Notes: a model not told the origin generated them from the letters alone. Counted from the stretch's first letter, positions 26,890-36,654 are shown. The stretch: DNA of 43,811 nucleotides from Paracoccaceae bacterium (GCA_027000645.1 JALTNO010000272.1:1-43811), one strand, 5' to 3'. Numbers and translations are program-made.

Positions 26890-27099
26890 ATGGCACGGAC
26901 TGATTTCGATCAAGGCATTGTCGAACCCCCGGTTCTGGAACTGATCCGCCGTGAAAGAAAGAAGGCGCTGAGCGCGCGGGAATGGAAATTCCGGTTGCGT
27001 GGATACGGATACGCAATCCGCCAGATCGGGAATGCGCAGGTGGTGACGCGGTTGCCTCAGGGAACCACGCTCGGGGTTCTGCCGGCCGGGCTGAACTGA
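26890..27099 (+). CDS. Small hypothetical protein (69 aa)
   Basis: AGGAG SD. Fits the gap between rlmN and the convergent LOG gene. Protein-like core 'ALSAREWKFRLRGYGYAI'. Confidence 0.7.
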   Translation: MARTDFDQGIVEPPVLELIRRERKKALSAREWKFRLRGYGYAIRQIGNAQVVTRLPQGTTLGVLPAGLN

Positions 27100-27143
27100 T
27101 CCGCGCGGGCGACCGTGCCGGCGGCAGGCGTCGGTACGGTGCG

Positions 27144-27989
27144 TCACGCCCGGTCCGGAATTTCGTCGCGCGGCGGGGCGGGTTCCCAGCGGTCTATGAT
27201 GTCGGCCGCTTCCCCGGCGGTTTCCACGAACCGGAACAGGTCGAGATCGGCCTTGGCAATCGTGCCGGCCTCGGCCAGGGCCTGCCAGTTGATGATCCGT
27301 TCCCAGAATTCACGCCCGAACAGGAGGAACGGAACCCGCTTCATCCGTCCGGTCTGGATCAGGGTCAGGGATTCGAACATCTCGTCAAGGGTTCCGAAGC
27401 CGCCCGGGAACACGCAGATCGCGCGTGCGCGCATGAGGAAGTGCATCTTGCGGATCGCGAAATAGTGGAAATTGAAACACAGATCCGGGGTGACATAGGC
27501 ATTGGGTGCCTGTTCATGCGGCAGGACGATGTTGAGGCCGATGGAGATGCCGCCCGCCTCGGCGGCGCCGCGGTTTCCGGCCTCCATGACGCCGGGACCG
27601 CCGCCAGTGCAGATGACGTGTTCGCGATTGCCGCTGGCGATGGATTTTTCCGTCATCATCCGCGCAAATTCGCGCGCTTCGTCATAGAATGACGACAAGG
27701 CGGCAAGCGTTTCGGTCCGCGCCTTGTGCCTGTGCGCGGGTTCGGGAATGCGGGCGCCGCCAAACATCACGATGGTGCTGAGGATTTCACGCTCGTCCAG
27801 CAGCATCTCGGGCTTGAGGAGCTCCAGTTGCAGTCGAACCGGGCGCAACTCGTCGCGGCACAGAAAGGCCTCGTCTGCGAAGGCGAGCCGGTAGGTAGGA
27901 GATTCCGTCTGCGGAGTTCTCGGTACCTGACTGGCGGTGTCCCTGTCGGTATGGGCGTCCCTGAAGGCGCTCAGGCGATCGTCTCTCAT
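27144..27989 (-). CDS. LOG family protein (TIGR00730 Rossmann-fold nucleotide phosphoribohydrolase)
   Basis: 'MFGGARI', 'TGGGPGVMEAGNRGA', 'FHYFAIRKMHF', 'PGGFGTLDE'. GAGGGA SD before ATG 27989. Confidence 0.9.
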   Translation of the reverse strand: MRDDRLSAFRDAHTDRDTASQVPRTPQTESPTYRLAFADEAFLCRDELRPVRLQLELLKPEMLLDEREILSTIVMFGGARIPEPAHRHKARTETLAALSSFYDEAREFARMMTEKSIASGNREHVICTGGGPGVMEAGNRGAAEAGGISIGLNIVLPHEQAPNAYVTPDLCFNFHYFAIRKMHFLMRARAICVFPGGFGTLDEMFESLTLIQTGRMKRVPFLLFGREFWERIINWQALAEAGTIAKADLDLFRFVETAGEAADIIDRWEPAPPRDEIPDRA

Positions 27990-28243
27990 CTGCATTTCCC
28001 TCATTTTGCGCACCGCGCCAGCCATACCCGCTTCGACCCGTCGGGGCCAGACAGGAAAGCTAGCGGCCTTGAGGGCGCCGAGGGTGCGTCCGCCGACCGA
28101 CCCCGCGGGAACCCGCACACCGCGAAGCCGGGTCGCGCCAAGCCCCTTCGGCCCGCGTCGCGAGAAGCATTCCGGGGCGATGCGCCCTGCTCCGACACCG
28201 GGCAGGGGCTGCCTTTCGGCAGAGATGCGCATCGTGCACTTCT

Positions 28244-29344
28244 TCATCTCAGGACCAGCTCGGCATGAAGCGCGCCGGCCGCCTTGAGATTCTTGAGAAT
28301 GTCGATCATGTCGCGTGGCGAGACGCCGAGGGCGTTCAGCCCCGCAATCACCTGTGAAAGCGACGTGCCCTCTGGAACCTCCGCAAGCGAAATGCCCTTG
28401 TCCTTCTGGATCGACGCCCCGGTTCGCGGCACCACCACCGTATCGCCGGCCGAGAACGGGTTGGGCTGGACGGCAATGGGGGACTCTTCGATGCGCAAGG
28501 TCAGGTTTCCCTGCGATACCGCGACCCGCGACAGCCGAACATCCGCACCCATCACGATCGTGCCCGATCGCTGGTCGATCACGACCCGCGCCCTGAGCTG
28601 CGGCTCGACAAGGATGTTCTCGATGCGACTGAGGGCGTGCGCCGTCGAAGTCGTGCCAGTGGCGGTTATGTCGATTTCCACGGTTCCCGGATCCCGCATG
28701 ACGGCGACGGGGCGCGCGAAGGCCCGGTTGACGGCGGCTTCTATGCGGCTTGCGGTGGTGAAATCCGGGTTGCGCAGGGCCAGTCGCACCGACTGCAGCG
28801 AGGACAACTCGAAGTCGATCTCGCGCTCGACCCGCGCGCCCGAAGGGATGACCCCCGATGTGGGAACCCCCTGGACGACCGAGGCGGCCTGACCTTCGAC
28901 CGATACTCCGCCAGCCAGAACCGAGCCCTGCGCCACGGCATAGATCTGCCCGTCTGCCGCCTTGAGCGGGGTCATGATCAGGGTGCCGCCCAGCAGGCTC
29001 TTGGCATCGCCGATTGCCGAGACGCTCACATCGACCTGGCTGCCGGTGCGCGCGAAGGGAGGCAGCGTTGCGGTGACGAAGACCGCCGCCACGTTTTTCG
29101 GGCGAAACTGCTCGCCGGTCACGTTCACGCCGAGACGTTCGAGCATGTTCGACATGATCTCTTCGGTGAAGGGGGCGTTGCGAAGCCCGTCGCCGGTACC
29201 GTTGAGCCCGACCACGAGCCCGTAGCCCACGAGATCGTTGCCACGCACCCCGTCGAATTCCACGAGATCCTTGAGCCGCACCGGCGCGGACATGGCCGAG
29301 ACGGGAAATGCCAGAGCCAGAACCAGGAGGAATATGCGAATCAT
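28244..29344 (-). CDS. flgI: Flagellar P-ring protein
   Basis: Signal peptide, 'RLKDLVEFDGVRGNDLVGYGLVVGLNGTGD', 'KNVAAVFVTA', 'LKAAGALHAEL'. Confidence 0.96.
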   Translation of the reverse strand: MIRIFLLVLALAFPVSAMSAPVRLKDLVEFDGVRGNDLVGYGLVVGLNGTGDGLRNAPFTEEIMSNMLERLGVNVTGEQFRPKNVAAVFVTATLPPFARTGSQVDVSVSAIGDAKSLLGGTLIMTPLKAADGQIYAVAQGSVLAGGVSVEGQAASVVQGVPTSGVIPSGARVEREIDFELSSLQSVRLALRNPDFTTASRIEAAVNRAFARPVAVMRDPGTVEIDITATGTTSTAHALSRIENILVEPQLRARVVIDQRSGTIVMGADVRLSRVAVSQGNLTLRIEESPIAVQPNPFSAGDTVVVPRTGASIQKDKGISLAEVPEGTSLSQVIAGLNALGVSPRDMIDILKNLKAAGALHAELVLR

Positions 29345-30348
29345 TCGAGAAACCTGACAAGTGAGAGGCGGGCGGCACGGGCGGTGACGGCATATATGCT
29401 TTCCAGCTGGAACTGCGCCTCCTGCAGGCGCGATGCCGTTTCATACGGGTCCGCCCCGATCATGCCGTTGCGGGCCATTTCCAGGCTTGCGCGGGAGGAG
29501 GAGTTGCGGGCGGCCGTCTCTTCAACCCGGGACTCCATGAAACCGAGATCAGCGCGAATTTCACTCAACCCGTCCTGAGCAGCGAACAGCTTGTCGCCCG
29601 CCTTGCGCAGCAGGGTGGCTTGTGCATTCGCATCCGGCGCAATGGCAGGGTCGGCTGCGAGCGCCGCCAGCGCCACGCCTTCGAGAACCATGCGCAGGGC
29701 CGGGTTGTCGGCCCTCAGATCGAAGGTGATCGTCTCGTCCGGGCCGATCCGGAAGGGCGCCAGAGCCTGGTTCGAACCCGAATAGACGACGGTTTCGAAA
29801 CCGGCCGGGTTGTCGAACCAGGTTTCGACCGCGGAAATCACATCGCTCGCGGTGGCCGCGCTGGCGGCAGCGGCTGTCAGCTCCGCCATCAGTGTGTCGG
29901 CCGGTTGCAGCGGGGCCCTGTCGGTCGCCGTACCTGCAAGAAGACTGCGGCCCGCGGCCCGGCCGTTGAGGGCTGCCATGATCGTGCCCAGGTCTGCCCG
30001 TGCCTGTTGTGCGGCAAGGTTGCGCTGGCTTGTCGGGCTGGTTTCATCGATCTTTACCAGATCAGCCGCCAAGGCCGCGGAAACATCCTGCACATGGGCA
30101 AGGGAGGATTGTGCGCCGGCCGCGAAGAATCCGGCCTCTCTGGTGGCGAGCGCGTATCCTTCGAGAGCTTTCAGGCTGCGATCGATGTCGGAGAGGGCAT
30201 CGACGCCGCCCCCGAAACGGCCGGAAATGTCCGAGATTCGCCCGGTGGCGAGCTCTTCGGTAAGCGTTTGCACGGTTCTCTTCACATCTGTCATCCGCGT
30301 GCGCAGCACCATGCCTTGTGCCAGATCGCCGATCGAAGTCAGGGCCAT
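29341..30348 (-). CDS. flgL: Flagellar hook-associated protein 3 (flagellin-like family)
   Basis: Follows flgK. 'EELATGR', C-terminal 'GADPYETASRL...QLESIYAVTAR...LSLVRFL'. Confidence 0.85.
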   Translation of the reverse strand: MALTSIGDLAQGMVLRTRMTDVKRTVQTLTEELATGRISDISGRFGGGVDALSDIDRSLKALEGYALATREAGFFAAGAQSSLAHVQDVSAALAADLVKIDETSPTSQRNLAAQQARADLGTIMAALNGRAAGRSLLAGTATDRAPLQPADTLMAELTAAAASAATASDVISAVETWFDNPAGFETVVYSGSNQALAPFRIGPDETITFDLRADNPALRMVLEGVALAALAADPAIAPDANAQATLLRKAGDKLFAAQDGLSEIRADLGFMESRVEETAARNSSSRASLEMARNGMIGADPYETASRLQEAQFQLESIYAVTARAARLSLVRFLE

Positions 30349-30351
30349 GGG

Positions 30352-31806
30352 TCAGATCCTCAGCAGGGTTTGCATCATGTCGTCGACCGCCTGAATGATC
30401 CGGGCATTTGCGGAATAGGATTGCTCGATCAGCAGAAGAGTCTGCATTTCTGCATCGGTATCGACGCCCTGTTCCAGTTCCAGGCGGGACATTTCCGCGC
30501 GGGTGGCGGCGGCGAAGGCAAGCGTTTCGTCGGCAAGCTGGCTGCTGCCCGCAACGCGGGATTGCAGGCTTGCCCCGGCGGCGCCGGCGCTCATGAGGCT
30601 AGAGCCGAGCCGACTGGATGACAGCGGTCTTTGCGCTGCCAACGCGTCGGCGAGGGCGGACAGCAGGCGGGAATCGCCCGGCTCGCCCGGATCGGGTGCG
30701 CCAAGGCCGGCGCGCAAACGCCAGCTTTGCCCCCCTTGGACGGGGTCCGCCGCCGCGTTGAGCGAAAGGCGCTGGGACAGGCCGATTTCCGCGGTGCCAT
30801 CGAAGTACGCGCCGGCATCCGTGAAGAGGCCGGGTTGTCCGGCGACAACCGTCGGGTCCGGGCCCGGGGCCTGGAATCGCTCCACGATGTCGCGCGCAAA
30901 GGCATCCAGGTCGGCCTGGGCCCCGACTGCCAGCTCGTCGCGGATGCGAAATTGCGCGGCCAGCGTACCACCCGAGATGGGGCTCTGCCCGGCTGAGGAG
31001 GTACGGACCTCTCGGCCGTTGAGCTTCAGCCCTGAAAGGAGGCCATTATCTACCGTCATCTGCGGTGCTGTCGTGCCTGTGGGCGTGAACTCGAACCGCG
31101 CCGCCGTTCCGTCCAGAAGAATCGCACCGCCTTCGGAGTAGAGCGCGATCTGCCCGTTGGGACGGTTGAGCAGGCGGACCGGAACGATCCTGTTGACATC
31201 GTCGACCAGCAACTGGCGCTGGTCCATCAGGGCGGCCGCGTCCGAACCCGATGCCTGCGCCGCGGTGATCCGCGCGTTCAGCCGACGAATGCGGTCAAGC
31301 GCGGTATTCAATCGGTCAACCTGCCGGCCGATTTCGGCGTCAGCGGAGTCGCGGAGCTCGCGTATTCCTTCCGCGGCCGCGTTGATCGCGGTGACAAGGT
31401 CGCCAGCCCGTCGGGCAACGGTGTCGAGCCGCTGTTGCGAATCGGGGCGGCTGGCGGCCTCGATCAGGCTGGATTCAAGCGCGGCAACGCGCATCGGGAG
31501 AGAGGCCGGATCGTCCGGCGTACCGATCAGGGTCTCGACGCGAGAGGCAAACCCGGCCTCGGCTTCGGCTGCGCCGAGCCGGGCATCGGCTGCGCGGCGA
31601 TTGGCGATCGCCACCGGGTCGGCGTGGCGGACCACGCCGACCACGCGCACGCCCGAGCCGGCATCTGCGTTGGATGTCACGGCCAGGGAACGGCGGACAT
31701 AGCCGGGCGTCATCGCGTTGGCGATGTTGTCGGACACCACGCCCGAGGCCCGCCTGGCGGCGACAAGGCCGCTCATGGCGTTGTGAAGAGCTGATGAAAG
31801 GGACAT
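30352..31806 (-). CDS. flgK: Flagellar hook-associated protein 1
   Basis: 'SDNIANAMTPGYVRR', 'LMDQRQLLVD', 'GVDTDAEMQTLLLIEQSYSANARIIQAVDDM'. Confidence 0.93.
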   Translation of the reverse strand: MSLSSALHNAMSGLVAARRASGVVSDNIANAMTPGYVRRSLAVTSNADAGSGVRVVGVVRHADPVAIANRRAADARLGAAEAEAGFASRVETLIGTPDDPASLPMRVAALESSLIEAASRPDSQQRLDTVARRAGDLVTAINAAAEGIRELRDSADAEIGRQVDRLNTALDRIRRLNARITAAQASGSDAAALMDQRQLLVDDVNRIVPVRLLNRPNGQIALYSEGGAILLDGTAARFEFTPTGTTAPQMTVDNGLLSGLKLNGREVRTSSAGQSPISGGTLAAQFRIRDELAVGAQADLDAFARDIVERFQAPGPDPTVVAGQPGLFTDAGAYFDGTAEIGLSQRLSLNAAADPVQGGQSWRLRAGLGAPDPGEPGDSRLLSALADALAAQRPLSSSRLGSSLMSAGAAGASLQSRVAGSSQLADETLAFAAATRAEMSRLELEQGVDTDAEMQTLLLIEQSYSANARIIQAVDDMMQTLLRI

Positions 31807-31842
31807 CGTCGGAGACTCCCGTCGGGACGGTCAGGCGGCGGC

Positions 31843-33144
31843 CTAACGCTTGATGTTGGTGGTTTCCTGCAGCATCTCGTCCACGGTCTGGATCACCTTG
31901 GCGTTCGAGGAATAGGCCCGCTGCGTCTGGATCATCTCGGTCAGTTCATTGGCCACGTCGGTGGCCGATTCTTCACGGGCATAGGACACGATGTCGCCCG
32001 TCGGCCCTTCGCCCGCATCCCAGAGGAAATAGGTGCCACTCTCGGGCGAGGGCAGATAGGTCTGCCGATCCAGCGCGACCATGCCGTTGGGGTTGGGAAG
32101 ATCGACCAGCGGCACCTTGTAGATCGTGCGGGTGATCCCGGTGTCGAAGAAGGCATGGACATAGCCGTTGGCATCAACCTCGACGCTGGTCATGTTGCCG
32201 ACCGGAGAGCCGTCCTTCGAGATCGACACGGGGGCGAACCGGTCGGACAGCTGGGTGATGCCGTCGCTTTCGCCGATATTGCCGATATCGATCTCGATCG
32301 GACCGCCGGCGACATTGACGATCATGGTGCCGGTGGCCGCGTCATAGGTGCCGCCGGAGACGGTGGTGACCGAGGCAAGCGTTCCGCCCGAGGTCCGGCT
32401 GTCGTCGAACCGAAGGACGTATTCCCCGATCACCGCCCCGCCGGAAGCGGTATCGCGCAGGGTCATTGTCCATTCGTTCGACGACCCGGATGCGGGGATC
32501 GTCGGGACGAATTCGACCCGAATGCTCTCGGACGTGCCGAGGTTGTCGTAGTATTCGATGGACAGTTCCTGGCTGTCGCCGCTGGCGGTCGCGTCGGTTT
32601 CGGTCGCCGGCAGGTTGACGCCCAGCGACATGCGCGTGGTCGGTTCGCCCGAGAACTGGTTGACGTTGATCTGCACCGGCTCCAGCCCTTCCGACGTGTC
32701 GCGCGGATAGCTGGGCACGGTGCCGTCGGGCAGGGCCGGCCAGCCCAGAAGCACCAGGCCGGATTCGGAAGTCAGGATTCCGTTGGCGTCGGTGCGGAAG
32801 GAGCCGGTCGTCGTCAGCAGCATCTGCGGCGTGCCATTGCCGGAGGCAACCTCGGTCGCGCTGGCGACGGGCAGCATGCCGCGGCCGCGAACGGCAAGAT
32901 CGGTGGGGTTCGAGGTGGACACGAGCGGCCCGCGTTCGTCGATCAGGCGTTGCGTGGTGGCTCGTGTTCCGCCCGCCGAATAGGTGCCGCCGGAAGACGA
33001 AATGACCATGGAGTGGAAATCGGTCTGCACTCTCTTGTAACCGTAGGTCGAGGAGTTCGCGATATTATCGGAAATCGACGCCAGCCGGGTGGCATTCGCG
33101 GACAGCCCGGCAACCCCGGCATTGAGCGAGGAGGAAATCGTCAT
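31843..33144 (-). CDS. flgE: Flagellar hook protein
   Basis: 'MTISSSLNAGVAGL...ISDNIANSSTYGYK', 'TDLAVRGRG', 'ESATDVANELTEMIQTQRAYSSNAKVI'. Confidence 0.95.
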   Translation of the reverse strand: MTISSSLNAGVAGLSANATRLASISDNIANSSTYGYKRVQTDFHSMVISSSGGTYSAGGTRATTQRLIDERGPLVSTSNPTDLAVRGRGMLPVASATEVASGNGTPQMLLTTTGSFRTDANGILTSESGLVLLGWPALPDGTVPSYPRDTSEGLEPVQINVNQFSGEPTTRMSLGVNLPATETDATASGDSQELSIEYYDNLGTSESIRVEFVPTIPASGSSNEWTMTLRDTASGGAVIGEYVLRFDDSRTSGGTLASVTTVSGGTYDAATGTMIVNVAGGPIEIDIGNIGESDGITQLSDRFAPVSISKDGSPVGNMTSVEVDANGYVHAFFDTGITRTIYKVPLVDLPNPNGMVALDRQTYLPSPESGTYFLWDAGEGPTGDIVSYAREESATDVANELTEMIQTQRAYSSNAKVIQTVDEMLQETTNIKR

Positions 33145-33202
33145 GGGCACGCCTTTCTGCTGCATCAATCCAAGATTGGTGCAACTGGTAGCGTGCGCAG
33201 AC

Positions 33203-33218
33203 TTAACATCCGGCTAAC
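33203..33218 (-). promoter_or_regulatory. CtrA box in the flgE promoter
   Basis: TTAA-CATCCGG-CTAAC on the + strand, one mismatch to TTAA-N7-TTAAC. Confidence 0.7.
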
Positions 33219-33232
33219 GGATAAAATGCTTT

Positions 33233-34072
33233 CTATCGAATGTCGTTTCGCAGAAGGATCACCTCAATTCGGTTGTTGCGGACCGACATCGGGTCCGGGA
33301 CGGCGGGTTTGCGGTCCGCGTGACCGGTGACGCGGCGGACGCGTTTCGGTGCAAATCCCGCCGATTCAAGCAGTTCACGTGCTCTCCCGGCCCTGGCAGC
33401 CGACAGTTCCCAGACCGGATTTTCCGCCTGAACGATCGGTCGCGCCCGGGTATGGCCCTCGATTGCCGCACCGTTCGGCACCAGCGCCGCGGCTTCGGAA
33501 ACAGCCTGGGTCAGCGCGCGAAGCAGAGGGGTCGGCCGGTTCGAATCGGGTTCGAACAGCGCCGCCTCTTCGGTGTCGAACAGCTCGATCACCAGCCCTT
33601 CGTCGGTGACCCGCGTGGCGATGTGCTTGCGGATGCGATCATCCATCAGGCTGTCGCCCCCGCGGCCCGAGAGGGCCTTTTCGACCTCGCGAAGCGAATC
33701 GCTTGCCTCGGCGCCCTCGTCGGCGAGCCCCAGGTTGCTCCGCGCGGCACGCCCTTCGGCCGGAGCCCTTGCCGAGGCGCCGGTTCCCGAATGCAGCAGG
33801 GACTGTTCGGAATAGAGGCTGTCGCCGCCGAACGCCCCCGAACCGCCGCCCGATTCGCGGCTGATCGGGACCGAGGGCGAAAAATAGTCCGCCAGCCCCT
33901 TGCGCTGTTTCTCCGTCGTTGCGTTCAGCAGCCACATCAGCATGAAGAAGGCCATCATCGCCGTGACGAAGTCGGCATAGGCGACTTTCCAGGCGCCGCC
34001 ATGATGACCGCCGCCGCCCGAAACCTTCTTGCGCTTGATGATGACTGGCGCGGCGTTTGTCGGCGCACCCAT
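33233..34072 (-). CDS. motB: Flagellar motor stator protein
   Basis: 'HHGGAWKVAYADFVTAMMAFF' with the conserved Asp, OmpA-like C-terminal 'IEGHT...WELSAARA...NNRIEV'. Confidence 0.95.
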   Translation of the reverse strand: MGAPTNAAPVIIKRKKVSGGGGHHGGAWKVAYADFVTAMMAFFMLMWLLNATTEKQRKGLADYFSPSVPISRESGGGSGAFGGDSLYSEQSLLHSGTGASARAPAEGRAARSNLGLADEGAEASDSLREVEKALSGRGGDSLMDDRIRKHIATRVTDEGLVIELFDTEEAALFEPDSNRPTPLLRALTQAVSEAAALVPNGAAIEGHTRARPIVQAENPVWELSAARAGRARELLESAGFAPKRVRRVTGHADRKPAVPDPMSVRNNRIEVILLRNDIR

Positions 34073-34121
34073 CTTCCACCACCATTTTTCTCACCCGGCG
34101 CAATGGGTAGCAGGCCGCGCG

Positions 34122-34137
34122 TTAAGGCGGGATTAAC
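34122..34137 (-). promoter_or_regulatory. CtrA box in the motB promoter
   Basis: Perfect TTAA-GGCGGGA-TTAAC. Confidence 0.8.
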
Positions 34138-34373
34138 GGATAAAATTGAAGGTGAAGAGAGGCGGAAGGGGCGCGCGGGACAATCCGGCCGCGGCTCGGC
34201 CGGACCCCGAAGCGATCGCCGGCAGATGCATCCATTTCCTCGATCGGCTCCGTTCGGCCCGGGCACGGGAAATCGAATTGCGGCCATGGGTCGAGCGGTT
34301 CCGAGTCGGAAAACCGGGGCCGGCCGCGCCATTTTCTCTGGGCAAGCGTCGTTTCAGATCATAGCGTGCCGGC

Positions 34374-35594
34374 ATGTCCGACGCCGAGATTCACGACAGC
34401 AGATACTCATGGTTCCGTCTGATCGTCACGCTGGCCATCGCCACCGTGGCCAATGTGGGCATGTGGGCCGTCGTCGTCGTCATGCCCGCGGTCGAGGCGG
34501 AGTTCGGCGCCAGCCGGGCCGAGGCATCGATGCCCTATACCTTGACCATGCTGGGCTTTGCCGCCGGCAATTTCGTGATCGGGCGGCTGGTGGACCGGCT
34601 GGGTGTGACGCTGGCGCTGATCGTGGCGGCGGGGGTGAGCGCGACGGGGTTCGGGCTGGCCACGCTGGCGCCGTCCATGCCGGTTCTGTCGGCTGCGCAT
34701 TTCGTTCTGGGGCTGGGGACGGCGGTGGGCTTCGGGCCGCTGATCGCGGACATCTCGCACTGGTTCCTGCGCCGGCGCGGAATCGCGGTGGCGCTGGTGG
34801 CCAGCGGCAACTACATCTCGGGGGCGTTCTGGCCGATGGTGCTTTCGGGGATGCTGGCCGGAAGCGGCTGGCGGCAGGTCTATTTCACGCTGGCGCTGGT
34901 GTCGCTGGCGGTTCTGGTCCCGCTGTCGCTGTTGCTGCGCCGGCGGGTCTCGGCGGCAGCGCATGGCCGGGCCGAGGCAGCATCGGCCCTGAAGGCGAAA
35001 ACGGTGGGAATCGCGCCGCGGCGGTTGCAGTGGCTGCTCGGGCTGGCGGGGATCGGCTGCTGCGTGGCGATGTCGATGCCGCAGGTGCATATCGTCGCCT
35101 ATTCCGTGGGACTTGGCTATGGCTCGGCCGCCGGGGCGCAGATGCTGTCGCTGATGCTGCTGGGAGGGGTGGTCAGCCGGATCGTTTCCGGCTTTCTGGC
35201 GGATCGGCTGGGCGGGGTGGCGACGCTGCTGATCGGTTCGATGCTGCAGGCGCTCGCGCTCGCGCTCTACCTGCCGTGGAGCGGGATGGCCGCCCTCTAT
35301 GCGGTCAGTGCGATCTTCGGTCTGGCGCAGGGCGGGATCGTGCCGAGCTATGCGCTGGTGGTTCGGGAATACATGCCCGCGCGCGAGGCCGGGGCGCGGG
35401 TGGGTTTCGTCATGATGATGACGATTCTGGGCATGGCGCTGGGCGGGTGGATGTCGGGCTGGATCTACGACGTGACCGGATCATACAGCTGGGCCTTCGT
35501 GAACGGTATCGGGTGGAACCTGATGAACATTGCCATCATCGGCACCCTTCTGGCCCGGTCGCGGCCCCGGCATCCGGGGATTGTGGCGGCCTGA
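34374..35594 (+). CDS. MFS transporter
   Basis: About 12 hydrophobic segments, motif A 'GRLVDRLG' and 'GFLADRLG', 'SHWFLRRRGIAVAL'. Confidence 0.92.
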   Translation: MSDAEIHDSRYSWFRLIVTLAIATVANVGMWAVVVVMPAVEAEFGASRAEASMPYTLTMLGFAAGNFVIGRLVDRLGVTLALIVAAGVSATGFGLATLAPSMPVLSAAHFVLGLGTAVGFGPLIADISHWFLRRRGIAVALVASGNYISGAFWPMVLSGMLAGSGWRQVYFTLALVSLAVLVPLSLLLRRRVSAAAHGRAEAASALKAKTVGIAPRRLQWLLGLAGIGCCVAMSMPQVHIVAYSVGLGYGSAAGAQMLSLMLLGGVVSRIVSGFLADRLGGVATLLIGSMLQALALALYLPWSGMAALYAVSAIFGLAQGGIVPSYALVVREYMPAREAGARVGFVMMMTILGMALGGWMSGWIYDVTGSYSWAFVNGIGWNLMNIAIIGTLLARSRPRHPGIVAA

Positions 35595-35635
35595 TTGCCG
35601 CCCGCGCTCTTGCGCGCGCGTGGCCGGCGGCGGGG

Positions 35636-35690
35636 GCGAGGGGCGCTGCCCCTCGCGCTCCCCGGAGTATTTTGGGCAAGATGAAGGGGG
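35636..35690 (+). repeat. REP-like intergenic repeat, copy 1
   Basis: Hairpin GCGAGGGGC-GCT-GCCCCTCGC, then CCCCGGAGTATTTTGGGCAAGATGAAG. Near-identical to the reverse complement of 38700-38727. Confidence 0.75.
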
Positions 35691-35691
35691 G

Positions 35692-36609
35692 TCAGAGCCC
35701 CGCCCCGCATGCGATGCCGTGCGCGGTGCCACGGCGGCGGGCGAGTTCGACCTGGCGCTGGCGTTCGCGGAAGCGCGCCTTGTCCGCGTCGGAGGTTTCG
35801 TCGAAACACAGATGGCAGGATACGCCTTCCTCGTATTGCGGGTGGCTGCGATCCTGCGGCAGGATGGGGCGTCGGCAGCCATGGCACAGGACATGCGGTC
35901 CGGGGCGCAGGCCATGACTGACGCTGACGCGCCGGTCGAACACGAAGCAATGGCCACGCCAGGCGCTCCGTTCGGGCGGGATCTCTTCGAGATAGCGGAG
36001 GATGCCGCCCTTGAGGTGCCAGACCTCCTCGAGACCCTGTCCGAGCAGCCAATTGGTCGATTTTTCGCAGCGGATGCCGCCGGTGCAGAACATGGCGATG
36101 CGCTTGTTGTGAAAGCGGTCGCGGTTGACCTCCCACCATGCGGGGAAGTCGCGGAAAGTGGCGGTTTTCGGGTCGATGGCGCCTTCGAAGGTGCCGATGG
36201 CCACTTCGTAATCGTTGCGGGTATCGATCACCACCACGTCGGGCGCGCGGATCAGGTCGTTCCAGTCGCGTGGCTCCACGTATCGGCCGGTGCGGGCGCG
36301 CGGGTCCACGTCCGGCTGGCCGAGGGTGACGATTTCCTTCTTGAGCCGGACCTTCATGCGCGCGAAAGGCGGTGTCTCGGCAGTTGCTTCCTTCCACTCC
36401 AGGTCGGCGCAGCCGGGAAGGGTGCGGATATGGGCCAGCACCGCCTCGACCCCGGCACGCGGGCCGGCGATGGTGCCGTTGATGCCCTCACGCGCGAGCA
36501 GCAGCGTACCGTTCACCCCGTTGCGGCGACACAGATCGGACAGCGGTGTGCGCAGGGCGGCGGGATCATCGAAGCGGGTGAAGTGATAGAGCGCGGCAAC
36601 GGTAAGCAT
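35692..36609 (-). CDS. trhO: tRNA uridine(34) hydroxylase (rhodanese-domain YceA/UPF0176)
   Basis: '[16 protein letters not shown]', '[11 protein letters not shown]', '[17 protein letters not shown]', '[11 protein letters not shown]', '[11 protein letters not shown]', 'CFVFDRRV'. Confidence 0.92.
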   Translation of the reverse strand: MLTVAALYHFTRFDDPAALRTPLSDLCRRNGVNGTLLLAREGINGTIAGPRAGVEAVLAHIRTLPGCADLEWKEATAETPPFARMKVRLKKEIVTLGQPDVDPRARTGRYVEPRDWNDLIRAPDVVVIDTRNDYEVAIGTFEGAIDPKTATFRDFPAWWEVNRDRFHNKRIAMFCTGGIRCEKSTNWLLGQGLEEVWHLKGGILRYLEEIPPERSAWRGHCFVFDRRVSVSHGLRPGPHVLCHGCRRPILPQDRSHPQYEEGVSCHLCFDETSDADKARFRERQRQVELARRRGTAHGIACGAGL

Positions 36610-36616
36610 GCCGTGT

Positions 36617-36645
36617 GGTCTAGTCGCCACGGCCGTGCGCTACAA
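36617..36645 (-). promoter_or_regulatory. Putative promoter giving a leaderless trhO transcript
   Basis: TTGTAG-N17-TAGACC-N7-ATG on the minus strand, no SD. Confidence 0.45.
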
Positions 36646-36654
36646 GGCCCCGCA

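Noticed and set aside
28005-28243. GC-rich flgI-LOG intergenic region with small hairpins, considered as ncRNA or fliP remnant
   Set aside because: No recognisable RNA family or fliP-like translation. Short stems are expected at this GC content.
27990-29444. 766-aa ORF apparently extending the LOG protein
   Set aside because: The extension runs out of frame through flgI. The LOG domain has its own SD and start at 27989.
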